From: Synechococcus sp.
GTDB taxonomy: Bacteria > Cyanobacteriota > Cyanobacteriia > Thermostichales > PCC-7336
Length of the DNA stretch: 61,729 bases
Direction of reading: 5' to 3'
Assembly (NCBI GenBank): GCA_051439425.1
Contig: JBFRWD010000172.1
Coordinates: 1 to 61,729, forward strand
The notes beneath the pieces were generated by a model. That model was not told where the DNA came from. It saw only the letters and a program-made list of their open reading frames with translations, and did not search any database. The position numbers and the translations under genes are program-made. Shown here piece after piece: positions 1-9,272 of the stretch. Every line of letters begins with the position of its first letter. The stretch's first letter is position 1.

Positions 1-70
1 CGTTATCAACAATAAACAGTTCTGCTTTTGCAAAAAGCGTTGGGGAATGGGACAGCACTAGATCGAGCAT
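1..70 (-). CDS. Partial N-terminus of a gene running off the left edge, possibly the ABC permease downstream of the binding protein
   Basis: ATG at 70 with AGGAAGG 8 nt upstream; frame open to the edge (MLDLVLSHSPTLFAKAELFIVDN); identity from context only. Confidence 0.3.
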   Translation of the reverse strand, partial: MLDLVLSHSPTLFAKAELFIVDN

Positions 71-364
71 GTCGCGAGCCTTCCTGTCTCAATGAGTTTG
101 CTAGAGCGATAGCCCAATTTTGATTGAAACAGTATTACCTTGAAGAGTTATAAACTGTTGTCAGGGCTACTGATTAATCTGTTTTGCTCTCATCGTCTAG
201 CATTTTTCAGTCTTATTAGCGTTCAGGCACCACACATAGCAAATACTTGCTCTTGTTCAAATTCCACAACATCATCAAAGGAATTCAAACTGTAGGTATG
301 GAAGAAGTACTTTACAGCTAGTGAAGACTAGCAATGTAAAGTCGCTTAGACTGTCATAACGTAA

Positions 365-395
365 AACGCTTGCGCTTTTATAAAGCGCAAGCGTT
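365..395 (-). terminator. Stem-loop after the ABC binding-protein gene (terminator or mRNA stabiliser)
   Basis: Perfect 14-bp inverted repeat AACGCTTGCGCTTT-TAT-AAAGCGCAAGCGTT. Confidence 0.7.
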
Positions 396-408
396 CTTGA
401 CTTAGAGG

Positions 409-1689
409 CTAAGCCTCAACAGTACCGACCTCAGGATTTTCTACCCAATCGCAGTACTTCGAACCTGCAATCAGGGGATCCCAAGTCCTAGGCTCGGTTA
501 AGCCCAATTCCTCTAGGATGTCGAACTGACCGTCAGCACGGTGCTGACCGACCATTACGGGCTTCGTAGTGTGGTGGTTCGGCATCATGGTGTGAACACC
601 GCCAGGAGCATCAAATTCAACTCCAATCACCGCTTTGAGAACTTCCTCAATATCGAAAGTTCCTGCTTTTTCACAGGCTAGCTTCCACATGTTGACACCG
701 ACGTAACCCTTCTCAATGGGGTCTCCGGTTACGCGGTCTTGCCCATACTTGGCTTTGAAAGCTTCAACAAAGGCAGCATTTTGAGGACGGTCTTGGCTTT
801 GGAAATAGTTCCAGACTGCATACTGACCGACAACGTTCTCAGCACCGATACCACGGACGTCATCCTCGGACAAACTGGAGGACATTACCGGACAGATCTC
901 GGAATTGAGACCTTGAGCGGTGTACTGCTTGAAGAAACCAACGTTACTGTCACCATTAATGGTGTTCAGAACGCCATTTGCTCCAGACGCAACAATCTTA
1001 GTAACTGCTGTTGCGTAGTCTTGGTGTCCCAGAGGAAGGTAGTTTTCACCCACCAGCTCCAGATCGAAACCTTCCGCTTTCAGCTCTTCAATCTGAGCTT
1101 TGGCGATTTGGTTTGCGGTTCGTGGATAAACGTAATCGGAAGCTTCCAAATAAACTTTGGTTACTCCCAGGTTTTCAACCATGTAGCGCAGAGCGGGCTT
1201 GGTCTGCTGGTTAGGAACGGCAGGGGTGTAGAGAATGTTCTTCGAGCACTCGTTACCTTCGTACTGAACGGGGTACCACAGCAGGTGGTTGAGACGCTCG
1301 AATACTGGAAGAACGGCTTTGCGGCTAGCAGATGTCCAGCAACCAAAGATGGTTGCCACCTCATCGACTTCGATCAGCTTTTGAGCCTTTTCCGCAAAGG
1401 TGGGCCAGTCAGAGGCACCATCTTCAATCACGTATTCGATCTGCTTGCCGAGAACACCACCAGCGGCGTTGATTTCTTCCGCAGCCATGACACAGACGTC
1501 CTTAATGGACACCTCGCTAATGGCCATCGTGCCGCTCAGAGAGTGCAGAATGCCGATTTTGACGGTTTCCCCTTGAGCGTAGGCGGGAACAGCCTTGCGG
1601 ATGATGATTTGAGGGCCAATAGCTCCGGCTGCAGCTCCTGCCGTTACAACAGCACCAGCTTTCAAAAATTGACGGCGATTAAACTTCAT
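409..1689 (-). CDS. urtA: Urea/short-chain amide ABC transporter substrate-binding protein (UrtA/FmdD family), Tat-exported
   Basis: GILHSLSGTMAISE, FGCWTSASRKAV and YPVQYEG motifs; twin-arginine signal FNRRQFLK; ATG at 1689 preferred over 1797. Confidence 0.85.
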   Translation of the reverse strand: MKFNRRQFLKAGAVVTAGAAAGAIGPQIIIRKAVPAYAQGETVKIGILHSLSGTMAISEVSIKDVCVMAAEEINAAGGVLGKQIEYVIEDGASDWPTFAEKAQKLIEVDEVATIFGCWTSASRKAVLPVFERLNHLLWYPVQYEGNECSKNILYTPAVPNQQTKPALRYMVENLGVTKVYLEASDYVYPRTANQIAKAQIEELKAEGFDLELVGENYLPLGHQDYATAVTKIVASGANGVLNTINGDSNVGFFKQYTAQGLNSEICPVMSSSLSEDDVRGIGAENVVGQYAVWNYFQSQDRPQNAAFVEAFKAKYGQDRVTGDPIEKGYVGVNMWKLACEKAGTFDIEEVLKAVIGVEFDAPGGVHTMMPNHHTTKPVMVGQHRADGQFDILEELGLTEPRTWDPLIAGSKYCDWVENPEVGTVEA

Positions 1690-1880
1690 GGGGACGTTAT
1701 CTCTCCATAGCGATCTTGAAGTATAAGCATTGACTGATCGAGTAGAGCGGATGTTCCTGGTCGTTGACTGATTGAAACACGCGAACCCGCACAGCAATTG
1801 AACAAGTGAGGGGAAACGCTCATCTCGTTAGATCGTTGTCGGACGCAATTTGGGTATTGTTCCGACAGCCATTCAACCAG

Positions 1881-1922
1881 AAGTTAGAAGGAAAACAGCC
1901 AAGCGATTGTAGTTAAACATAC
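1881..1922 (-). promoter_or_regulatory. NtcA-activated promoter of the urtA-like gene
   Basis: GTA-gttaaaca-TAC (1909-1922) with a TAN3T -10 box (TAACTT, 1886-1881, minus strand) exactly 22 nt downstream. Confidence 0.8.
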
Positions 1923-2532
1923 AAAAATCTGAAGCGTGCGCAATTGCAGCTAGCCTTACGGGTGTTTTTTATATTGGCTTAATCTGAAAATACCGCTAGT
2001 CCCTGTGGAACTCCTGGAAAGCTCAGTATTGTTTTTCACACGGGAATCTGGCTTTATGCGGCGGTCGCTACCGTGAATTCTTTGTTTGACAATATAATGA
2101 TGTGCTATGGAAGCATCAATGTTCTCTATGATTGCCCCTCCAAAGTTTGTTTCTAGGCGAAAAATGTAACGTTTAGCGATCGCCCTCAAATACTCGATAG
2201 GACTTCAGGCACTCACTGCATGCCTTCCAGTGTTGTTCTTCCTTAACTATGGTGATCGGCTATTTGCTATGGAGACTTTACTAGCTAATACCCCTTGAAA
2301 ATCAAGTAGTTTCCCTGTCTCAAAACCCTAGACGTCACAGCGGATTTTTATAAGTATATGCACTTTGATAGTGATTCTCATTCTCATTCTGTGGATAAAA
2401 GATCGCAACTATGTCAACAACAATTCGATACTTTCTCGCGTTATTCTGAGGTGCAAACTGATGCCTGAAGATATGACAGAAGCCTATTCTTTTTGATACT
2501 TTTATTTCATCCGGAAAATTTCTAATGAAATG

Positions 2533-2546
2533 GTAGTTTCCGATAC
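2533..2546 (+). promoter_or_regulatory. Probable NtcA box upstream of fmdA
   Basis: GTA-gtttccga-TAC; only a weak -10 (CATACT) 22 nt downstream. Confidence 0.55.
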
Positions 2547-2757
2547 AATTTTGACTGGGTGAGGATTTCATACTTCAATGCCAAGAGATCGTGGCGACAG
2601 TAGTTCTGCGTTCTTGGGCTGTCAAACGATACGGTGTTTTATGCGTGTTTTTCGCGGCGTGACGAGCACATGCGATCGCGATTGAGTGCTAATTCAACAC
2701 GGCTTGATGTCGCTTCTTTGGCTGCTGACTTCTTATTGAATTCATGTGGGGTTAATC

Positions 2758-3954
2758 GTGCCTGAAACACTGTTCAAAGTTGATTTAACCAAGCCGATGT
2801 CCGAGCAGGAACTGCCCGGACATAATCGTTGGCATCCCGATATTCCGGCAGTAGTTTCGGTTAATCCGGGGGACGTCTTTCGGATTGAGTGCAAAGACTG
2901 GACGGATGGCCAAATTGGAAACAACGACAGCCCCGACGATATTCGTGATGTAGACCTCACGGTTGTCCACGTCCTCAGCGGTCCCATTCACGTTAATGGT
3001 GCCGAGCCCGGCGATATTTTGGTTGTCGATCTGCTAGATATTGGCGCTTTGCAGGGGGATGAGTGGGGATTCACTGGGATTTTCTCTCGCGATAATGGCG
3101 GTGGCTTTTTGACCGATCACTATCCGGAAGCCGCAAAAGCTATTTGGGATTTCCAGGGGATTTACACCACGTCCCGTCATATCCCTGGCGTAAGATTTGC
3201 TGGGATTACTCACCCTGGTTTGATCGGCTGCGCCCCTTCGCACGAGTTGCTTGCAACTTGGAATAAGCGCGAGAAGGCGTTAGTGGATGCCGGAAACGCT
3301 GCAGCCCTACCCTGGAAGCCCCAGATTCCTCCACTGGCGGCATTGCCGAACCCTCAAAATGCCGTGCTAGGCAATGTTCCGGCATCGGATTTCGATCGCA
3401 TTGCTGCCGAAGCCGCCCGTACCGTTCCCCCGCGAGAGCACGGCGGAAACTGCGACATTAAAAACTTGTCCCGCGGCTCCCGGATTTACTTCCCCGTCTA
3501 TGTTGATGGTGCGAAACTATCGATGGGAGATATCCACTTCTCGCAGGGGGATGGCGAAATCTCCTTCTGCGGAGCGATTGAGATGTCTGGGTTTATCGAC
3601 CTGCATGTAGACATCATCAAGGGGGGGATGGATAAGTACAGCATGGTCAACCCCATCTTCAAGCCCGGCCCGGTAGAGCCCCGCTATTCCGAGTACCTGG
3701 TATTTGAAGGGATTTCCGTCGATGAATTCACCGGACAGCAGTATTACCTGGATGCCCACGTGTCGTATCGACGAGCCTGCCTCAATGCGGTGGAGTATCT
3801 GAAGAAGTTCGGCTTTACCGGCGAACAAGCATATCTGCTACTCAGTTGTGCGCCAGTTGAAGGACGGGTCAGTGGGATTGTGGATATTCCTAATGCCTGT
3901 TGCACGATGGCATTGCCCACCGAGATTTTCGATAAGGATATCTTGCCGGTCTAG
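2758..3954 (+). CDS. fmdA: Formamidase (acetamidase/formamidase family)
   Basis: HNRWHPDIP, PPREHGGNCDIKNL and GDIHFSQGDGEI motifs; GTG at 2758 (MPETLFKVDL) likely start, ORF track gives 2746. Confidence 0.92.
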   Translation: MPETLFKVDLTKPMSEQELPGHNRWHPDIPAVVSVNPGDVFRIECKDWTDGQIGNNDSPDDIRDVDLTVVHVLSGPIHVNGAEPGDILVVDLLDIGALQGDEWGFTGIFSRDNGGGFLTDHYPEAAKAIWDFQGIYTTSRHIPGVRFAGITHPGLIGCAPSHELLATWNKREKALVDAGNAAALPWKPQIPPLAALPNPQNAVLGNVPASDFDRIAAEAARTVPPREHGGNCDIKNLSRGSRIYFPVYVDGAKLSMGDIHFSQGDGEISFCGAIEMSGFIDLHVDIIKGGMDKYSMVNPIFKPGPVEPRYSEYLVFEGISVDEFTGQQYYLDAHVSYRRACLNAVEYLKKFGFTGEQAYLLLSCAPVEGRVSGIVDIPNACCTMALPTEIFDKDILPV

Positions 3955-3973
3955 TAGACGTTCTTCATTAGAA

Positions 3974-4015
3974 ACTCCCCCTTTACTCAGACGCTTAGTT
4001 TGGCAAAGGGGGAGT
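3974..4015 (+). terminator. Intergenic hairpin between fmdA and fmdB
   Basis: ACTCCCCCTTT ... AAAGGGGGAGT 11-bp stem. Confidence 0.5.
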
Positions 4016-4056
4016 AACCATTGCAATAAAGACTTGAAGAGTGCTAGAGGTTTCTA

Positions 4057-4326
4057 ATGCCACTTTACGAATATCAATGTCAAGAGTGCGGTCCGTTCGA
4101 TGCCTTTCGATCGCTGGCCGATCGTGACAAACCGTTGGAGTGTCAATCTTGCTCCGGCCCTACATCTCGGATCTTTTCTCCTCCAACGATGCTATCAATT
4201 GGTCTGTCAGGAATTCGTAGACCGTCAGAAGAGCCGCGTGTTGTTAAGAGATCGAGCGATCGCGAGCCTCCAAAGCCCCAAAATACCGTGAAGACCGGTG
4301 GGCGACCCTGGATGTTTAATCACTGA
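4057..4326 (+). CDS. fmdB: FmdB-family zinc-ribbon regulatory protein
   Basis: MPLYEYQCQECG...CQSC, C-terminal GRPWM; directly after fmdA. Confidence 0.85.
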   Translation: MPLYEYQCQECGPFDAFRSLADRDKPLECQSCSGPTSRIFSPPTMLSIGLSGIRRPSEEPRVVKRSSDREPPKPQNTVKTGGRPWMFNH

Positions 4327-4478
4327 ATGTTGAGCCTTTTGCTGAGTTGCACTGCCGCACATCCGTTTGAGTCCAGATTCAACGTTTCCTGACCTCTTTG
4401 TGGCTCTTGCTAGAACTAGCTCTTGGGGATCGGCCCGAATACAGCTCATGCAGGAGGCTAATGGGATGATCGAGATCG

Positions 4479-4550
4479 GCCTAACGCCCCGCATCAGCGG
4501 CCAGACTGCGATCGGGGTCTGTGGCCGTGGTTTGCACGTGCTTGTTAGGC
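4479..4550 (-). repeat. attC site of cassette 8
   Basis: GCCTAAC...GTTAGGC, 72 bp, internal gcggcc/ggccgt stem; 4 nt from the stop of 4555..5172. Confidence 0.75.
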
Positions 4551-4554
4551 GGTA

Positions 4555-5172
4555 TCAGCCACACAGGCCTACAACTTGGCGAAGATGCTTACATTCCCTT
4601 GCTTCAGTTAACAGAAAGCGGGCTACTGCTGGGCGTGAAATGGAACCTCCCCCATCGGGAAATGCCCCTACAGCTGTTCGATACTCTGTTGAGTTATTGC
4701 TATTGAGAAAGCCTGTTCGCACGATTGTCCAATCTAGGTTTGAACCCCGAATAGTCTCTTCCATCCTTTTCGCGCTTTGAGCATTGTGCTTGGCAATCCA
4801 ATTCAATATGCGATCGGACAGCTTATCGCTGGGAAAGAGTAATGCAGTGGACATCACGATGAGCCTGGTTACTTCACTTTGCTGCATGGCCTCTACAATC
4901 GCTGTTGCAGATTCTGAGTAGATTGCACATGCTGCCTTAGTTGGTTTTCGTGGCCCTACTGTAGAAATGACAATGTCGTGTCCAGGCAAAACTGCTTTTA
5001 GATCGTCTGAATTACATACATCTGCTATGCGAACATTTAAATGATTATGGGTGACATCTGCGAGCCTGTCTTCACTACGAACTAAGGCAGTGACAGTATC
5101 CCCCGCATCTAGTGCACGGCCAATGATTTGACGACCTGTTTTGCCATTTGCGCCTAGTAAAGCAATTTTCAC
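4555..5172 (-). CDS. Cassette 8: NAD(P)H-binding Rossmann protein (flavin reductase/BVR-B-like atypical SDR)
   Basis: IALLGANGKTG, WTIVR and SISRPAVA motifs. Confidence 0.85.
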   Translation of the reverse strand: MKIALLGANGKTGRQIIGRALDAGDTVTALVRSEDRLADVTHNHLNVRIADVCNSDDLKAVLPGHDIVISTVGPRKPTKAACAIYSESATAIVEAMQQSEVTRLIVMSTALLFPSDKLSDRILNWIAKHNAQSAKRMEETIRGSNLDWTIVRTGFLNSNNSTEYRTAVGAFPDGGGSISRPAVARFLLTEARECKHLRQVVGLCG

Positions 5173-5220
5173 GTAAATCTCTTTAATAATCTTTTGAGGG
5201 CTTTGTTCGAATTCCCTATT

Positions 5221-5259
5221 TCATAACGGATTGCGGTCAGGGGCAGACGCTTGTTATGT
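5221..5259 (-). repeat. Internally deleted attC site of cassette 7
   Basis: TCATAAC...GTTATGT only 39 bp; GTTATGT holds the ORF stop and is the exact complement of ACATAAC at 5650. Confidence 0.6.
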
Positions 5260-5631
5260 GTCTTCATCTGGTCTTTCTGCAAAATGGAGTAACACCCCGG
5301 CTGGATCCCAAACATGTGTTATCAATAATCCCCAGGGCATAAGATCGGGGGCTGCGACTTTTGTTCCCTCGAATTTTTCAGCAAGTTTCACTGCATTAAA
5401 ATGGTCGTACCATTCTTGTGCCGAATTAACCATGAAATGGAGCATTAAACTATGCGCATAGTTATTGTGATTTTTCGGTAATAGTAGAAACCGATATCCA
5501 AAATTCGTATCAATTTCACACACCTCTCCGTCATCCCAATTAATGGTAAAACCCATACATTCGTAAAATGCCTTCGACACCGCGTAGTCATTTGAGGGAA
5601 CGAAAGGTTTAAAGTCGGTTATCTTGCGCAT
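5254..5631 (-). CDS. Cassette 7: VOC/glyoxalase/bleomycin-resistance family protein
   Basis: PFVPSNDYAVSKAFYECMGF ... PWG...VWDPAGVLLHF pattern; stop codon inside the attC R'' box. Confidence 0.8.
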   Translation of the reverse strand: MRKITDFKPFVPSNDYAVSKAFYECMGFTINWDDGEVCEIDTNFGYRFLLLPKNHNNYAHSLMLHFMVNSAQEWYDHFNAVKLAEKFEGTKVAAPDLMPWGLLITHVWDPAGVLLHFAERPDEDT

Positions 5632-5649
5632 GATCGTAATTTATTTAAT

Positions 5650-5734
5650 ACATAACGTCGAGCTGAGCGGCGGTCAGTATTTTTGAATCAACACGTAAAT
5701 TACTCATTCCGTCCGCTTCTGCTCAGGGTTAGGT
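5650..5734 (-). repeat. attC site of cassette 6
   Basis: ACATAAC gtcgagCTGAGCgg ... ccgcttctGCTCAGg GTTAGGT, 85 bp. Confidence 0.75.
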
Positions 5735-6035
5735 GGCAAGGCCGGGGGCTTTGTTCGTATCCGCCTCAGGGACTATGTTGAACTGCCCGATATATGTCTT
5801 CTCTCTGGTTGACAGACAAAATTCTCGAAAGCCCTCTCCTGTGGTAACAGATTAGGTAAAGCCCAGTGGGCATGGCTGTGCTAGGGCTCTAGCGTCCCCT
5901 AACAAAACCTTTATTGGATATGAATCGTCGCATTCACCAGACGGGAACTGTTGGAGGTATTGTTCATCGGCATGAATGCCCCTTTTGCCCCACAAATGTG
6001 ACACACTACAATACGATCCACGCTATCCGATCGCT

Positions 6036-6725
6036 ATGACTGCCGCTACGCCACTAAACGTCTTTGTTGCTGGAGCTAGTCGTGGTGTGGGCTTTGAAGT
6101 TGTAAAAGGATTAATCCAAAAAGGCTATCAAGTTGTGGCCTTATTGCGAACCGATGATGCGAGATCGCAGCTCGAATCTCTGGGTGCGATTGTCCAGGTA
6201 GGTGATGCGTTGGATATTGATTTTGTGAAAGCAGCGGTGCAATGGTTTGGCTCAAAGCCATTTGCTGTGGTGACAACTCTTGGGGGTATGGGCTTTACCC
6301 GTGACCGACCCCGCGCCGACTATCTGGGCAACCGAAATCTTGTAGATGCGGTAAAGTCACGGCCTTGTCAGCAATTTATCTTGGTGTCTTCGATTGGGGT
6401 GCGAGATAGTGCCGTCGCGCTTCCTGAGCAGGTGCTAGAAACGCTGCGTCCCGCTCTCCTCGCCAAAGCTAAGGCCGAAGAACACCTGATAGCGAGTGGT
6501 CTCTCCTTTACTATCGTGCGTCCTGGGGGGTTACTATCTGAACACGCTACGGGTACAGGCTTTCTTGTGGCAGATATGCGCGTTGCAGGCAGCATCACAC
6601 GTATCGATGTCGCCGAGTTGATAATTCAGTGTTTAGCATCGTCCAAAGCCAAAAATCAAGTGCTTTCGGCAGTTGATCGCGATCGTATCCGCAGTGAGCA
6701 TCCTATCGTTCCATTCGTACTCTAA
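6036..6725 (+). CDS. Cassette 6 (antisense to the array): NAD(P)H-binding atypical SDR
   Basis: VFVAGASRGVG, TIVRPGGL and ITRIDVA motifs; ATG 6036 likely (track start 5976); TAA lies in the CTCTAAC R box. Confidence 0.85.
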   Translation: MTAATPLNVFVAGASRGVGFEVVKGLIQKGYQVVALLRTDDARSQLESLGAIVQVGDALDIDFVKAAVQWFGSKPFAVVTTLGGMGFTRDRPRADYLGNRNLVDAVKSRPCQQFILVSSIGVRDSAVALPEQVLETLRPALLAKAKAEEHLIASGLSFTIVRPGGLLSEHATGTGFLVADMRVAGSITRIDVAELIIQCLASSKAKNQVLSAVDRDRIRSEHPIVPFVL

Positions 6726-6806
6726 CGGTGCCCATCACCCGCCGCAGATAACCTTTACTCACAATCAATAAACCTTTGCGGTCGTTGTGCATGGGCCTTG
6801 TTAGAC
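6720..6806 (-). repeat. attC site of cassette 5
   Basis: CTCTAAC ggtGCCCATCAC ... GTG-C-ATGGGCctt GTTAGAC with one unpaired C; 87 bp. Confidence 0.85.
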
Positions 6807-7436
6807 TTTGTCTGCTTTCCCCTCTATCTTGCTATGTTTCTTCTTACGCTTTTGATATTTTTCCAACCAAAAAGGAACAGTTAAAATAGGACCAAATGCA
6901 GTCGAAACTATCGAAATCAATGAAATATGACTAGCTTGCAAACCAATAATATTGGTAACAGATATTCCAACATTTTTACTTGCAATAAGTTCAGGAAAAT
7001 CCTCGCTAGTTATGATTGAGACCACAACACTGTAAGTTCCAGGTTTGTCAGGGGTGACAACCCAATTGAATTCAGTTGCATCAAGAGGGGCAATACTAAA
7101 AGTCTGTATCGGCTCAACGCTTGTAGTAAAGTTAGGGGCATCAAGGATAATGGACACCTTACATGTTTCCGCTGCCCAATTTAGTAATGTAACCGAAAGT
7201 ATCTGAGATTCGCTAACTGACATTAATTTAGGGACATCTAGCCTTGTGAAATATAAAGCATCTCTACTACAGCTAGAGGGACGTGGGAGAGGCGTGCAAT
7301 TTGGACAACCTAGTACATCGAGTAAAGGGCGGCTATCGAGGGAAAGCGCATTGTGTTTCAACATAAGCATCAATAAGCTTAGTCCACCACCTACGCTAAC
7401 AAGACAAACACCACAGATAAAAAGAAATTTTCTCAT
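6801..7436 (-). CDS. Cassette 5: hypothetical membrane protein (N- and C-terminal TM flanking a beta-rich, Ig-like-looking segment)
   Basis: Two hydrophobic segments; WVVTPDKPGTYSVVVSI; stop in the attC R'' box. Confidence 0.65.
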   Translation of the reverse strand: MRKFLFICGVCLVSVGGGLSLLMLMLKHNALSLDSRPLLDVLGCPNCTPLPRPSSCSRDALYFTRLDVPKLMSVSESQILSVTLLNWAAETCKVSIILDAPNFTTSVEPIQTFSIAPLDATEFNWVVTPDKPGTYSVVVSIITSEDFPELIASKNVGISVTNIIGLQASHISLISIVSTAFGPILTVPFWLEKYQKRKKKHSKIEGKADKV

Positions 7437-7551
7437 ATCAAGTGTGCAGTAACTTATAAATTAGGCAATCCTTATGAATCATGAAAATCAAGACTCAAGA
7501 TTATCAGCAGAAATAAAAACTTTGTAGTGTACCCCCACAGTAGTCTTTGCG

Positions 7552-7646
7552 GTCTAACGTTCAGGATCACCGGGCGGGGAGTTGACGTTGATGAGCGAAG
7601 CGAACGTGCAACTCGACTCCCGCTACGGTGCATCCGTTTGTTAGCC
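7552..7646 (-). repeat. attC site of cassette 4
   Basis: GTCTAAC gttcaGGATCACCG ... CGGTG-C-ATCCgttt GTTAGCC; 95 bp; GTCTAAC exactly complements GTTAGAC at 6800. Confidence 0.85.
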
Positions 7647-8495
7647 AGCTGTTCGTCCTGCTTTCAATTGTGTGAGTATTCCCTCGCTCAAACGATCCAA
7701 TGAATCAGAATCACCAGAGGCCACGTGAGTCCACTGCAAGTGTTTAAGAAGTGTATTTGCGTCTAAGCGAATGCGTGGGATCTCACACGCCTCCAGCAAG
7801 ATCGGCAAAAGATAAATAGTACCGGCAGGACGTCGGCGGTATTCGTCGATTGCTGTTCTGATTTCGTTTTGTATAAACCCAGACTTAGTCACAGCGCGAC
7901 GAGATATACAAATCGCAAAAAAGTCACTCTTTTCGATGGCTTGGAATATCTCTTCCTGTCAAGGAACGCCTGGCAGCAATTTGTCCTTGTCGTACCATGC
8001 ATCAATTCGTTTGTCGTTCAAAAAATCGCGAATCTCTTCGACTCGGACCTGGTCTTCTTTTGCGTGACACAGGAAAACGCTCGGCATTCGGCGAAGTTGT
8101 TCGATTAGACGATCCATTTCGGCGGCATCCCAGTTGCGTAAATCGAAGTAGCGCAACGTCCGCAAGAATAGCGGTAACGTCGACGGCTCTGCGCCCGGAA
8201 GCAGCACGGTGATTGTCTTTGCGTCCGAGTGTCTCACACGTTCCGCCCACGAGGCAGAGACTTCTGTTTGTGCCCAATCCGACTCCAGCCCCCTGGCTCC
8301 TATTACAACGAGAATTGTCCGGCTTGCTTCAAGCGCTCGTGCAGCCACGTCAAACCATCGTTGACCAAGATTAATATTCAACCGGTCGATCCAGATATCA
8401 ATCCCGGCGTCCTTTAATATCGCAGCGAGCTGCATGGCACTCTCACCATCTCCAGCTGAGTAGTTGATAAAGGCGTCGTATTGTGAATGCACCAT
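7641..8495 (-). pseudogene. Cassette 4: tandem TIR-domain protein (284 codons) interrupted by one in-frame TGA
   Basis: TIR1 YDAFINYS...WAQTEV; TIR2 VFLCHAKED...LLPGVP*QEEIFQAIEKSDFFAICIS...FIQNEI; ORFs 7959..8495 and 7641..7892 share a frame. Confidence 0.85.
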
Positions 8496-8516
8496 GATGG
8501 ACTCGACCTCATTGCT

Positions 8517-8603
8517 GCCTAACGCTTCTGGTCAGCGGTTGCCGATATCTAGACACCTCATACTGACGACTTCGAACAATCCGTTGCACCAGAATGGTTA
8601 GAC
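8517..8603 (-). repeat. attC site of cassette 3
   Basis: GCCTAAC gcTTCTGGTCAGCGG ... CCGTTG-C-ACCAGAAtg GTTAGAC; 87 bp. Confidence 0.88.
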
Positions 8604-8621
8604 GTCTAGCATTTCATCACT

Positions 8622-9020
8622 TTAGACTGTAGATGCGACCAGTACAAAATACGTTGCAAACACAAATGAAAGTATTGTTGAAACATCAAAAATAATAGTT
8701 GGCCAAAGGCGTTGTATGAACCAGTAGGAGATTTTATAGTAACGTTTGGAGACTGAGAAATTTAATTCACCTAGATGAAGTTGCCAAAGAGCATACTTAT
8801 ACAGCAATGCTGATAATATTTGAATACAAACACCTACTAGAAAGGTGATTATGACTGTATTTGCCTGTCCAGTAGCAACAAGTTTGTTTGATAACTCAGC
8901 TTGTGACGCAATCAGGATAGGAGCACCGATCCCATAACTCACCAACCAAGTGCGAAGTGTACGAGCAAAGTAACTATAAGGCTCGTAATATTTTGAAAGA
9001 TTTATGTTGTCGTCGCTCAT
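8622..9020 (-). CDS. Cassette 3: small hypothetical membrane protein (~3 TM)
   Basis: AT-rich 132-aa ORF with three hydrophobic stretches, between attC sites. Confidence 0.65.
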   Translation of the reverse strand: MSDDNINLSKYYEPYSYFARTLRTWLVSYGIGAPILIASQAELSNKLVATGQANTVIITFLVGVCIQILSALLYKYALWQLHLGELNFSVSKRYYKISYWFIQRLWPTIIFDVSTILSFVFATYFVLVASTV

Positions 9021-9162
9021 ATTCCTTAAAAATAAGAGGTTTGCTATGTCCGTTCCTAGAAAAACATTGCTAAGTAGAACAAAAGCACTCTGTCAGAAAC
9101 CTTTTGCTTTCATAAGGATTGCATACAGGCTTTCAAATAAGCCCTTTACAGCTCAGATAGAC

Positions 9163-9253
9163 ATCTAACGCCCTGCGGCTCACCGGACAGCGATAATTTT
9201 GCATCATAACCGATAGCGTATACTTCTGTTCCGATTGCAGCTGCTTGCTATGC
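9163..9253 (-). repeat. attC site of cassette 2 with variant R'' box
   Basis: ATCTAAC gccctGCGGCTCA ... TG-C-AGCTGCtt GCTATGC (GCT instead of GTT). Confidence 0.7.
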
Positions 9254-9272
9254 TTGAACTACAACTTGATTG

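Noticed and set aside
739..1710. 323-aa + strand ORF and similar antisense ORFs over lepA, serS, glyS, P450 and ribosomal genes
   Set aside because: Shadow frames of well-supported genes, with no recognisable motifs.
7959..7961. Selenocysteine or programmed readthrough at the TIR TGA
   Set aside because: The position corresponds to a Trp, not a Cys, and no SECIS-like hairpin is evident; a nonsense mutation or read error is simpler.
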